From positions 256,001-320,000 of the forward strand of contig OY771555.1 in NCBI GenBank assembly GCA_963674785.1: a stretch of DNA of 64,000 nt, written 5' to 3'. Shown piece by piece: positions 1-9,817 of this stretch. Position numbers and translations under genes: made by a program. A model generated the notes under the pieces. The model saw only the letters and a program-made list of their open reading frames with translations. It was not told the origin of the DNA and ran no database searches. This DNA comes from Caldisericia bacterium (GTDB lineage Bacteria; Caldisericota; Caldisericia; JAAYUI01). How positions within the stretch are numbered: the first letter of the stretch is position 1; every line of letters begins with the position of its first letter.

Positions 1-1
1 A

Positions 2-1207
2 AAAGATGGGGTTAACCCAAAAGAAGAACTCATAAGATTTGTAAGAACCCTCTCAAGTCATGCAAGAAAACAAAACCCAGAGTTCATAATCATTGCTCAG
101 AACGCATCAGCCATGGGCAATTATAGAAACTACAGAAACCTGTTTGATGGGATCGCTCAAGAGGCAATATGGTTTGATGGTTCTGGTGACCCTGATGATT
201 CAAATGTTGAAGCAGACACAACAATTGACACAGAACTCGCAAAAGAATACACAAAAAATCTTAGGGTTTGGCAATTTTACGGATTTCCAGTTTTTAACTG
301 CGAATATGCAGAAAAGAAAGCATCAGTTGCATTTGACCTTGGTGTTAAGCATGGATTCAAAACCTATTGTGCAAGAAGACCTCTCGAAGAAATAAGTAGA
401 ACACCACCCTCTTTCGAACAGTATTTTAGATGTGAAAATCTAATCCATATTAATGAGCTTCGACCATATTATACCTTTTGCCCGGATAGTTCTGTAGAAA
501 AAATCCCACTGGTTATTGTCCTGCATGGTGGCGGGGGAAACGCAAACTCCAAGATGAAAACAACTGACTTCATCGATCTGTCAAAAAAAGAAGGGTTTGC
601 AGTCGTATTTGCAAATGGTCAACTCAGAGAAAATAATGACGGAACCGATTCAAGGACTTGGGCTGCAGGAGATTGTTTTGGTGAGATTTTTGGATTTGGA
701 ACAGATATTGATTATATAAACAGAGTCATCGAAAAAACATCGGCTAGTCTTGACATTGATTGCGATCGGGTTTTTGTCTGTGGTCATTCAATGGGTGGAA
801 TGATGAGCCACAGATTAGCGTGTGAACTTCCTGATAAAATTACAGCTATAGCATCAGTTGCCGGACCGCTCATTCATTCAGAATGCAATCCAGAAAAAAA
901 GATTCCAATCCTTCATATCCATGGAACAGCCGATCCTGTTGTACCATTTACTGGCGGAAGCAGAGGAAACAGGGTGTGTGATTATCCAGATGTGATGGAA
1001 ATGATCAGTGGAGTCGCGAAAAGAAACGGTCATTTTGATGACCCAAAGACAAAGAAGGTTTCAGATAATGTCACCTCTTTGTCGTGGGGAGAAAGAAACA
1101 AAGTTGAACTTGTAACAATAGATGGATTTGGACACACCTGGCCAAAGGAAAGTGACGCGGGTTTTTCAGCAACAGACTATATCTGGTGTTTCTTTTCTGA
1201 TTATTGA
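2..1207 (+). CDS. 5'-truncated fusion: TM1410/GH114-like domain C-terminus plus LpqC/PHB-depolymerase-like alpha/beta esterase
   Basis: Frame is open from base 2 (KDGVNPKEELIRFVRTLSSHARKQNPEFIIIAQNA...) into ORF 113..1207; esterase motifs LHGGGG, GHSMGG, HGTADPVVP, GHTWP. Confidence 0.7.
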   Translation, partial: KDGVNPKEELIRFVRTLSSHARKQNPEFIIIAQNASAMGNYRNYRNLFDGIAQEAIWFDGSGDPDDSNVEADTTIDTELAKEYTKNLRVWQFYGFPVFNCEYAEKKASVAFDLGVKHGFKTYCARRPLEEISRTPPSFEQYFRCENLIHINELRPYYTFCPDSSVEKIPLVIVLHGGGGNANSKMKTTDFIDLSKKEGFAVVFANGQLRENNDGTDSRTWAAGDCFGEIFGFGTDIDYINRVIEKTSASLDIDCDRVFVCGHSMGGMMSHRLACELPDKITAIASVAGPLIHSECNPEKKIPILHIHGTADPVVPFTGGSRGNRVCDYPDVMEMISGVAKRNGHFDDPKTKKVSDNVTSLSWGERNKVELVTIDGFGHTWPKESDAGFSATDYIWCFFSDY

Positions 1208-1208
1208 T

Positions 1209-1679
1209 CTAAAAGATTACTTCAGGAAAGTTGATTTCAAAAAATACTACGTCGGCTTGCTCTCTTTTGTAGAGCTTATTATCAAATGCTTTAAGAACTG
1301 GTTCAATTGGTATCAACAATGAATCATCAATAACCTCAGATGGGGAATCCATCTGAATTGAATCTTCCCTATTATTATCTTTTATATTGAGAATATCTGA
1401 ACCCTCACAGTTACCTACCACAATGTCACCTTTAATGATTTGATTATAGGTTGTTTTACAGGGCGCATCCGGATTGCCTTCCCAACAAACAATCTCTGAA
1501 TCGAGAATAAGATTGATTAGATTTAAAGGTACCAATAGCTCATTATCTCTAACAACAGGAGCTGGTCTTGCTCTAAACCTAACATTGTTAATCTTTATCC
1601 AATCCCTTTCGCTTTTTACCTCAACAATCACTTTCTTTGTTCCGGGGGTTTCTAATAAACTCAACATCGATAAAAACAA
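1209..1679 (-). CDS. Copper amine oxidase N-terminal (stalk)-like domain; probably the frameshifted C-terminus of 1621..3408
   Basis: APVVRDNELLVPLNLI and SEVIDDSLLIPIEPV resemble the stalk repeats in 9818..12094; overlaps the upstream ORF across a G5 tract. Confidence 0.55.
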   Translation of the reverse strand: MFLSMLSLLETPGTKKVIVEVKSERDWIKINNVRFRARPAPVVRDNELLVPLNLINLILDSEIVCWEGNPDAPCKTTYNQIIKGDIVVGNCEGSDILNIKDNNREDSIQMDSPSEVIDDSLLIPIEPVLKAFDNKLYKREQADVVFFEINFPEVIF

Positions 1680-3408
1680 CTTGATCGGTATCTGATTTAA
1701 AGGTTATTCTTCCAACATTCAGACCATGTTCTGCAAGTCCTGGGATAAAAGTAATTCCAATCCTCCCGAAAGAACCGGGTTGGATTTCAAGTTCTTTTTT
1801 TGAAAGAAGTATCCAGTCCTGATCAGAAAATACATTAACTTTTCCAGAGGTTTCTCCGGTGTTTTCTATCATTATCAAGCTTGACTCGAGTGGATAGTTC
1901 AGGGCACCAGTTTTTGATATTTCCTTTGTATCAATCTCGAAATATGCAGGTTTCAATACCGGTTTTGGTTCAATAATCTTTGAAACATCAACAGGGATTG
2001 AAAGGCTTCCGTGATCCCAATTAATCAAGATCTCAGAGCTATACTCACCGACATCGAGGTTTTCCAAATCTGCGGTAATCAAAAGATTTACCTCTTGACC
2101 TCCAGCCATTTTAATATTTTCAGGAGTCACTGAAAGCCAGTCCATTTTTGAATCAAATGTGACATCTATCTCTTGAATCGAACAATTAGAGATCAGAATA
2201 TCTGAGCTTTGTGTATATTTTTCAGCAACAGTCACCTCACCCAGATCAAACATATCGTCACTTGATTTTATCTCATATCCAGCAGTCTTTAGAGAAACTA
2301 ATTTCGAAAGAGATGTTGCAATAAACATATTGTCAGAAACTGCAGTCGCATTTCCAACCGTTGAACCAACTGTTGGGATCTCCCAAAGAAGTTCACCAGT
2401 TTTTTGATCTCTGACCTCTACACATCTCTCAAGCGTTAGGATTACCCGAGTTTTATCGACAAGAGGTTGATATGTGCTTGATTCTAAAAATTTTTCCCAA
2501 ACAATCTCTCCTGTTTCAAGATCAAGCGTTGTGACTCTTTTTGCATTTTTTGAACATAGAAACACAAGTTCAGCGGAAATTGTCGGTGACCAGGATATTT
2601 CATAACATCCATGGATAGGCTTCTTCCATATGAATTCACCATTTTCAGCATTAAAAAGGTAAACTATATTCGAGGAAACTACGCAAACTCTACCAAATCT
2701 TGTTGAGATAAAATCTATCTCAGAGTCTATTTTAGCCTTCCAAACGGGTTCTAAAGTTAGTTCATTAAGTGCGGCAAACCTACCCTCGGTTTCAAGTGGG
2801 ACAAAAAGCTTTTCCGATCCAACTGTTGGTGGGTGAAACATAGGACAGCAAGGCACAGTTTTAACAATCTTTCCTGTAACAGGACTTATTGCCAAAATCT
2901 GTCCAGAATTATCATTATTTTCAATCGCCTTAACAAAAATGAAGTTCTCGCCAACAATCGGACTCGAGAATCTATCCAATTTTGTGCTTATGGAGAATAA
3001 CTCACATCCTCTTTTCAGGTCATACGCAACAATAAAACCATTTGCACAGGTGATAACTCCCATTTCATCAGTAATTGATGGGGTTCCAGTGATAATTGAT
3101 GGAGTTTCAAGTGGAGATGACCAAACCGATTTTCCAGTCTCGTTGTTAAGACAATCGATGGATTTAACACCTGAGATAACAAGGGTCACTCTACCATTTG
3201 ACGAAGAGATTCGATCAGAAGTTGTAACGGGCTTTATGTCAACTGCCCAGTGAACAGTCATCGGGTCGCTACCAACAAAATTTACCCTCCCGGCATTGCC
3301 AGGGTCACCATGTCGGTTTTCTGCTTCAACCACATCTGTACCAACAAGCGGGAAAGCGAAAACCGATACCAGTACTAGAAGTGATAGCGCGATTCGCGAC
3401 AGTTTCAT
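1621..3408 (-). CDS. Secreted PQQ-like beta-propeller protein with BACON/Ig-like domains
   Basis: Signal peptide, repeated D..TG..xW blades, DWLSVTP and DWILLS BACON-like motifs. Confidence 0.75.
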   Translation of the reverse strand: MKLSRIALSLLVLVSVFAFPLVGTDVVEAENRHGDPGNAGRVNFVGSDPMTVHWAVDIKPVTTSDRISSSNGRVTLVISGVKSIDCLNNETGKSVWSSPLETPSIITGTPSITDEMGVITCANGFIVAYDLKRGCELFSISTKLDRFSSPIVGENFIFVKAIENNDNSGQILAISPVTGKIVKTVPCCPMFHPPTVGSEKLFVPLETEGRFAALNELTLEPVWKAKIDSEIDFISTRFGRVCVVSSNIVYLFNAENGEFIWKKPIHGCYEISWSPTISAELVFLCSKNAKRVTTLDLETGEIVWEKFLESSTYQPLVDKTRVILTLERCVEVRDQKTGELLWEIPTVGSTVGNATAVSDNMFIATSLSKLVSLKTAGYEIKSSDDMFDLGEVTVAEKYTQSSDILISNCSIQEIDVTFDSKMDWLSVTPENIKMAGGQEVNLLITADLENLDVGEYSSEILINWDHGSLSIPVDVSKIIEPKPVLKPAYFEIDTKEISKTGALNYPLESSLIMIENTGETSGKVNVFSDQDWILLSKKELEIQPGSFGRIGITFIPGLAEHGLNVGRITFKSDTDQVVFIDVEFIRNPRNKESDC

Positions 3409-3430
3409 AAAGTTTCCATAGTATCAGTTA

Positions 3431-5737
3431 TTATGGTACAACCACCTCATATACTTTACTTGGATAACCTGTCTGATCAAGGATTTCAGATAAAAATGGA
3501 GCATTTACTCTTTCATCTCTGTTATCAATATTCATTGTTGACCTGATCCAGAAATGATATTTCTTTGATTCAGTTGGGGTTACCTTGAGCATAAGTTTCC
3601 TTGTTGTTCCGGTTTCCCATGTATTCCATCTAACAACGGCTGATTGATGAATAGCTCTTATTTGCTGCCCATCCCTATGTTCCATAAACGCACCTATATC
3701 ATAAACATGTGAAAATGATGGATATTGTGCCTCAGTATCTGGATCAATAACAATTACAGCACCATCAGGGCTGGAGACAACAACCTCTGATTCAGTGGCA
3801 TTTTCACCATCATTTCTGACATAAACATTCAAAATAAAGGCTTGACCTGGAACAGGGACTGATGGATATGATTCAACAAGGTATATAACAGGTTCCGGCC
3901 CTTTATCAGTAAGCTCAAGTGCTGGAGCTGTTGTTGTATAATCAGAATAGATAATTACTCTGGCTTCTTTTGTTCCATAGTCAGGATGTGATGCGCTAAC
4001 AATCTGTTCACCCACACCAAGCCCGGTGATTGTGTATTTACCATACTCATCTGTTATTGCGGTTCTTCCAGCACAAGTTACAACCGCTCCGACTATCGGG
4101 GTGTTTACGTTTTTTCTGATTACCGAACCAATTAATGACCCTTCACCAGAGGTTACTGTAAACCTCCCAATATAATCGGTTTCCAATCCATCTATATCTG
4201 TTAGTACAACTCTCCACCAGTGTTCACCCGCTGGAACTGGCCCAATTGCAGGTGTTGTATAATCAATTACCTGGAGACCATTTGCATCATAAGTATATCT
4301 CAATTGACTGTTGAGCTGCACAGCTACAGTTTTGATTCCCCTATCATCATTTGCTTTGATTCGAAGCTGGAAAGTTTCATGTTGAGGATATGGAGGCTCG
4401 GGAATCGCAGTAACATCAATAAAGCTTGGTGGCTGCTCTCGTCCCCAGACCCTATACCAAACCTCTCTTGTCTCTTCATATTGCGGCCAGGTTTGTCTAA
4501 ATTTTAGTCGGTGCCAGCCAGGTGAGTCCGTTGGAAGCTGGAGTGATTCAAATATGATTGTTGAACTACTTGCAGATAAAAGCTGCTCAACATCTGCATA
4601 TGGATTATCATCAATAAACCATTGACCGACAATCTTTACGGTACCGATTCCGCCAACATGAAGCCCAAGCTGTGCAATCAGAGGATCGCCCTGTTTTACA
4701 GTGGTGCCATCAGCTGGATACATCAGATATGGCCAAACCCATGATGTCCCAACAATTCTATAGGTAACAATATTTGATGCAGCAACAACAGGAGTAATAA
4801 GCTTGAAATAAACTGAATGGTTTCCAAGAGTTGCTGTTGGGATAACAAGTTCCTTCGTGTAAACGGTCGGACCATTAACACTTTCGTTTAAGGTATAGTA
4901 AACTTCACCATCTACCATAAGATAACCGAAAAGGTTTACCAATCCAGATTTTGTAATATTGAATGTCAATTTGATGGTCTTATAACTGTTTAGAGAAATT
5001 GTTGTTCCTTCAATTATCGGGTCAATGTTGATAAGTGTGCTCGAGTCACCCTCAACCTTATACGAGATTTCGTCAGATACCACAGAGTAAGGTGAGTTTA
5101 CAATAAGCTTAAGTGTGTGGGTTCCAGGAACATTTGTCGGCAGATCTTTTTGAAGCTTTATGTATGCTTCTCCAGCAACATATGCGGTTTCGGTAAAAGC
5201 TTCCTTCTCTCCATCAATTACCCAAAATCCATCTACCGCTTTTGAACCAAAACCTGTTACCTTTAGAGTTGCGTTTGCAGTAAGTTCTTCACCAGGTGAA
5301 ACAACCTGACCATCCTTTGGGGATTCTATCGTGATCTTATCAGGTTCTGGTTCTGTTACTGTATATGTTGTTTTTCTTGTTTTGAGGTGTGTTGGTGAGA
5401 GAAGTTCAAAATATACCTCATGGATTCCGCCATATGATGTTGGAAGTTCTGTTTCAAACAAAATATATTCACTATTGATTGGCGCACTGATTGTCTGGTA
5501 AAAGCTTGGTCCCGGAATCTCATCAATCATAAATCTTCCCCAGATTGAACATGTTCCTTCACCTGCAACAAAAAATTTTACTCTGCCAATAACTTTTCCA
5601 CCAGCAGAAACAGTGGGTGTCTCTGATGGAGCCTCCATTATCACAGAAACCGAGGGGGTATCAGCACTAACACTCGGAACTGAAACCATTGATGCAAGTA
5701 ATAATATCGAAACCAATGCAATTGTAAGACGTCTCAT
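3431..5737 (-). CDS. Large secreted protein with tandem Ig-like repeats and a carboxypeptidase-regulatory-like domain
   Basis: Signal peptide; repeated LPT..xG.H.xxF units; PIVGAVVT...TDEYGKYTITGL motif. Confidence 0.7.
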   Translation of the reverse strand: MRRLTIALVSILLLASMVSVPSVSADTPSVSVIMEAPSETPTVSAGGKVIGRVKFFVAGEGTCSIWGRFMIDEIPGPSFYQTISAPINSEYILFETELPTSYGGIHEVYFELLSPTHLKTRKTTYTVTEPEPDKITIESPKDGQVVSPGEELTANATLKVTGFGSKAVDGFWVIDGEKEAFTETAYVAGEAYIKLQKDLPTNVPGTHTLKLIVNSPYSVVSDEISYKVEGDSSTLINIDPIIEGTTISLNSYKTIKLTFNITKSGLVNLFGYLMVDGEVYYTLNESVNGPTVYTKELVIPTATLGNHSVYFKLITPVVAASNIVTYRIVGTSWVWPYLMYPADGTTVKQGDPLIAQLGLHVGGIGTVKIVGQWFIDDNPYADVEQLLSASSSTIIFESLQLPTDSPGWHRLKFRQTWPQYEETREVWYRVWGREQPPSFIDVTAIPEPPYPQHETFQLRIKANDDRGIKTVAVQLNSQLRYTYDANGLQVIDYTTPAIGPVPAGEHWWRVVLTDIDGLETDYIGRFTVTSGEGSLIGSVIRKNVNTPIVGAVVTCAGRTAITDEYGKYTITGLGVGEQIVSASHPDYGTKEARVIIYSDYTTTAPALELTDKGPEPVIYLVESYPSVPVPGQAFILNVYVRNDGENATESEVVVSSPDGAVIVIDPDTEAQYPSFSHVYDIGAFMEHRDGQQIRAIHQSAVVRWNTWETGTTRKLMLKVTPTESKKYHFWIRSTMNIDNRDERVNAPFLSEILDQTGYPSKVYEVVVP

Positions 5738-5963
5738 AAGACCTCCAATCTACAACAATTGTAAATAATACTCTCAGAGAGTCAATTGGTTCAATCAGGA
5801 TAAGCAGTTCTCTAACAATATTTCTTCTCAAAATTCCTGTTTTAATATGTTTTTAGCAGTATCGTATCGAAAAAAAATAAACTTCGATTACGTAAACATA
5901 TACATCCCTTGTTTTAGTGTTTTTTTTTGTTAACCTGTCGGTGATTTTGTTAGGAGAAAAAAA

Positions 5964-6749
5964 ATGAGAGCGAAATTTTTTACATATACATTGCCAATTT
6001 GTCTATCGATAATAACCATTGCTGCGATTGTTATTTTAAAAAAAACAGGATCTATAGTTCTTCCACAGATTCCATATGACCTTCATCTTTTTGGAGCATT
6101 AATATACGCAACTGTTCTTAGATTCGGGCTTCAAGATGACCTTAGAGAAAAGGTTTTCTGGAGGATTATTCAATGGTCTATTGGAATCAATTTTATTGGA
6201 GCAGTACTTCGAACCTATGTGTGGCCATTTCTGAATATGCCAGACATAGTCTCTGAGTTAACTCTTGTCCTCTATATCGTTGCAATGCTTTTGATTATTG
6301 TTGCTTTATTCAAAGTAATGAATATATTGGGGATAAATCCTGAAAAGAAAAGCAGGACATACCTAAACATTTCATACATCATAATCTTTGTTATTCTTCT
6401 TGCGATTCTTGCGCCAATTATTATAAAAACTGGACTTAAAATAGAATCAATTGTAACATACGTGATTCTTGTAGTATTTTGTGCATTATCCATTCCGCTT
6501 GCAATTGCTCTCTATGTCTACACAAAAACAGGTGCACTTCGAATTCCATTCCTTTTTATATCCTTAGGGATAGTCTTGCTTTCGATTCAAGTTACTGCAA
6601 TCACCTTTGCCCTTGCTGCAAGCGTAGAAGTCCCAGTCCTTGAATTCTACGTTTTTATTCCGTATGTCCTTTTTGTAATGTTTGCAATGATGGCATTTGC
6701 ATCAAGGATCACAATCACAAGAAAAGCGGAGATATTCTTGAAAAGTTAG
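5964..6749 (+). CDS. Multi-pass membrane protein, paralogue of 6779..7570
   Basis: About 7-8 hydrophobic segments; shared motifs LQxDLxExxFW and TGALRxPFLF; AGGAG RBS. Confidence 0.75.
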   Translation: MRAKFFTYTLPICLSIITIAAIVILKKTGSIVLPQIPYDLHLFGALIYATVLRFGLQDDLREKVFWRIIQWSIGINFIGAVLRTYVWPFLNMPDIVSELTLVLYIVAMLLIIVALFKVMNILGINPEKKSRTYLNISYIIIFVILLAILAPIIIKTGLKIESIVTYVILVVFCALSIPLAIALYVYTKTGALRIPFLFISLGIVLLSIQVTAITFALAASVEVPVLEFYVFIPYVLFVMFAMMAFASRITITRKAEIFLKS

Positions 6750-6778
6750 TATTTCTCAATTAGAACAGGGAGAGCATT

Positions 6779-7570
6779 ATGAGAAACACATTTTTAGTAC
6801 ACATCATACCGCCGGTTCTTGCAGTTATGACTGCAATTATGATAGCAATTTCGTTGATCGTTTATAAGTCTGAATTTATGGCAAATATTTTCTTCAATAC
6901 ACCTCTAGTAGTTGCATTCATATACTCAATCATTACTCCGATGAACCTTCAGGCTGATCTTAAGGAAAGAGCTTTTTGGAAAAATATTCTTCTTGCCTTT
7001 GGGATTTACTCACTTGGTATGATTTTGAGAAACTACGTATTTCCTTTTATTGGAGCCAGCGATACACTTATCACAATAACACAAATACTATATGTTATTG
7101 CGATGTTTATAATGATTTTTAGTATATCGAGATTAATTAAAATCCTCGGAATCAAGTTAGATAAAAAAACGAATCTAAGGATGATTTTGATTGGCACAAT
7201 AACATTCTTGGTTTTGTCGGCAATAATTATTCCTGGGATTCTTGGAACAAAGATTGATCCAATATCACTACCAATATATATCGTGCTTGCGGTTTTTTGT
7301 GCTGTATCAGTCCCTCTGACAATCACATTCTACAGAGAAACAAGAACAGGTGCTCTTAGGGTGCCATTTTTGTTTATGAGCATATCGATCTCTATGCTTG
7401 TAATACAAACAGCATGCATTGCTATCGGGTATTCGATTGGAAACCCATCACCCACACTTCATCCAAGTGTTATCGCACCATACATTCTGTTCCTGACTTT
7501 TGCAATGATGTCAATGGGTTCGAGAATCGAGATTGCACAAACACTAAAAAAAGAGCTTGAAAGAATCTAG
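6779..7570 (+). CDS. Multi-pass membrane protein, paralogue of 5964..6749
   Basis: Same length, hydrophobicity pattern and motifs as the upstream gene. Confidence 0.75.
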   Translation: MRNTFLVHIIPPVLAVMTAIMIAISLIVYKSEFMANIFFNTPLVVAFIYSIITPMNLQADLKERAFWKNILLAFGIYSLGMILRNYVFPFIGASDTLITITQILYVIAMFIMIFSISRLIKILGIKLDKKTNLRMILIGTITFLVLSAIIIPGILGTKIDPISLPIYIVLAVFCAVSVPLTITFYRETRTGALRVPFLFMSISISMLVIQTACIAIGYSIGNPSPTLHPSVIAPYILFLTFAMMSMGSRIEIAQTLKKELERI

Positions 7571-8454
7571 TTAGCTTTCTGTTTTGATTTTGTACTGGTC
7601 AACCATACACCAGCAACAACCAACAAAGCACCCGGATAGACGATTAGCGGAACAACCTCACCAAACATAAACCATGCAATGATTGCAGCACCTGCTGGTT
7701 CAAACAAAATTGCAGTTGCAGAAGTTGCAGCAGAAAACGCTTTTATCGAAATAATTACCCCACCATGACCAATGATCTGTGCAAGAATCCCCATCAACCC
7801 AAATGAAACCCAGACATCCGACGAAAATCCAGCAAGAGGTTGACTGGCAATAAAAGCTGAGATTAGAATTATCAAAGCTGCAACGGGAAAAATCACGGAT
7901 ACCGTTTCCCAAGTATTCATCTCTTCCATCGCTGTTCGAGACCTTAGCATGTAAAGTGCTGCAAACATAGCAGCAACAAGAGAAAGAATTGAACCAATCC
8001 AAGATGTTCCGCCCTCACTCATTCCTGAGAAGGCAACAATTATCGCACCGACCATTGCAACCCCCACTCCAAGAAGGATTCTTTTTGTGGGTTTTTGCTT
8101 ATAAAGTATTGCATCAAAAACAACAACCCAGACGGGTGTTGTTGTAACCAACACAACTGAAACACTTATGTTTACAAGACCAACACCTGTTATCCATGTT
8201 AAAAAATGAAGAGCCATGAACAACCCACCAACGACTGCTGCAGTCCAAGCTTTTTTTGAGGCTTTTATCTTCCATGGTTTTCCAAGAAATGCCATGAACA
8301 CACTACCAAGTAGAATTCTCCAAAAAGCTGTAGCAAACACGTTCGCCCCACCATCAAGGCAGACCTTAATAAGAGGTGCAGCAAATGAGATTCCAACAAT
8401 CGCCCCAATCAGAATCAGATAGTCTTTTATCACAGGGCTTGGTTTTGTGTTCAT
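7567..8454 (-). CDS. DMT/EamA family transporter
   Basis: About 10 TM segments, 295 aa, motifs ALHFLTW, QIIGH, LFEPAGA. Confidence 0.9.
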   Translation of the reverse strand: MNTKPSPVIKDYLILIGAIVGISFAAPLIKVCLDGGANVFATAFWRILLGSVFMAFLGKPWKIKASKKAWTAAVVGGLFMALHFLTWITGVGLVNISVSVVLVTTTPVWVVVFDAILYKQKPTKRILLGVGVAMVGAIIVAFSGMSEGGTSWIGSILSLVAAMFAALYMLRSRTAMEEMNTWETVSVIFPVAALIILISAFIASQPLAGFSSDVWVSFGLMGILAQIIGHGGVIISIKAFSAATSATAILFEPAGAAIIAWFMFGEVVPLIVYPGALLVVAGVWLTSTKSKQKAN

Positions 8455-8485
8455 GGAAGTGAGAGTAGGGGAATTTTTAAATCAT

Positions 8486-9070
8486 TCAAGAATACAAATC
8501 TAGCTTCTCAATCCCCATATTCCAAAGGATAAATGAAATCATATCTGCTAGTTCTTTCACCCTTTCATCTTTTGTTGTAAATGAGTGTCCTCCAGAACTC
8601 AAATGCAATAAAATTGGGTTCTCTGAAGCTTGAGCTTCCTGAAGTCTTGCAACAAACTTGTAAGAATGAAATGGAAAAACTCGGTCATCATGCTCTGATG
8701 CCATAACAAGTGCTGGTGGATATTCAGTCTCATCTTTAACATTGTGATAGGGTGAATATGCATATAGATACTTGAATTGATCGGGATTATCTGATGTACC
8801 AAATTCTTCTATTGAGATTGAAAGATGATCTCTTTTGACCATATCATAAAAACCGGCACCTGGAACAGAAACTCCGACCTTTTCTGGCGCTTGATTTAAT
8901 ACTGCCCCCATAGTTAATCCTCCATTTGAATAACCATGTGTGGCAATTTTTTCATTTTTTGAGTATCCCGCAGCAACCAAAAAATCGATTGCGGCAATAT
9001 AGTCATTTATTGAATTTTGTTTATTTTTGAAATGCTTGCCAGTCTTTATCAAACTTCTCAAGACCAGCAT
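8486..9070 (-). pseudogene. C-terminal fragment of a prolyl oligopeptidase (S9A)
   Basis: KQNSINDY, GYSNGG, YSPYHNV, HDDRV, GGH motifs; no beta-propeller; the only ATG lies inside the transaldolase gene. Confidence 0.7.
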
Positions 9071-9686
9071 CAGTAAGTGGATGTTTGTACATCTGCTTGA
9101 TTACTGAATATGGGATTGTTGCGATGTCACAACCAATCATTGCAGTTGCTGTAACATGTGCAACATGTCTAATTGATGCAGCAATAACCTTTGTTTCATA
9201 TCCATTTGCCCTTACCGTTTCAACAATATCTTGAAGGGTTGCGATCCCATTGTGACCAATATCATCAATCCTTCCAACAAACGGAGAGATATATGTTGCC
9301 CCAGCTTCGCAAGCAAGGATTGCCTGAGTCACATTGAAAACGAGTGTGCAATTGGTAGCAATCCCTTTTGAAGAAAGCTCTGCAACAACTTTTATACCTT
9401 CAACAGACATCGGCACTTTTATTGTAATTCTGTTTTTAAACTCCTTTGATTTCGACCAATCCAAAATCTCTTCAGCATGTGAAAGCATTTCAGAAGCATT
9501 TTTACCAGAAACCTCAGCAGATATTGGACCAGGAATCAAATCCATAATACCCAGGATTATGTCTTTGAAACTTCCATTATTGTTTTTGGATATTAGTGAT
9601 GGATTTGTTGTTACACCAGAGATTACTCCAAGTGTGGCAGCTTCCTTAATCTCATCAATATTTGCTGAATCAATAAAAATCTGCAT
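9021..9686 (-). CDS. tal: Transaldolase / fructose-6-phosphate aldolase family
   Basis: IFIDSAN, GVTTNPSL, IKVP, YISPFVGRIDD, AASIR, HPLTDAGL. Confidence 0.93.
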   Translation of the reverse strand: MQIFIDSANIDEIKEAATLGVISGVTTNPSLISKNNNGSFKDIILGIMDLIPGPISAEVSGKNASEMLSHAEEILDWSKSKEFKNRITIKVPMSVEGIKVVAELSSKGIATNCTLVFNVTQAILACEAGATYISPFVGRIDDIGHNGIATLQDIVETVRANGYETKVIAASIRHVAHVTATAMIGCDIATIPYSVIKQMYKHPLTDAGLEKFDKDWQAFQK

Positions 9687-9770
9687 TTTTGCACCTCAAT
9701 TTTTTCTAACCGACCCAAAGGGTAGAGAACTCTTTAATAAAGTCAAGCACCTCAAGCATAAATTGGTGTA

Positions 9771-9798
9771 TTGACTGATATTTTTGTCGATGTAGAAT
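9771..9798 (+). promoter_or_regulatory. Putative sigma70 promoter for 9818
   Basis: TTGACT-N16-TAGAAT upstream of AAGGAG RBS and ATG. Confidence 0.4.
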
Positions 9799-9817
9799 TG
9801 CCACAAAGGAGACAATC

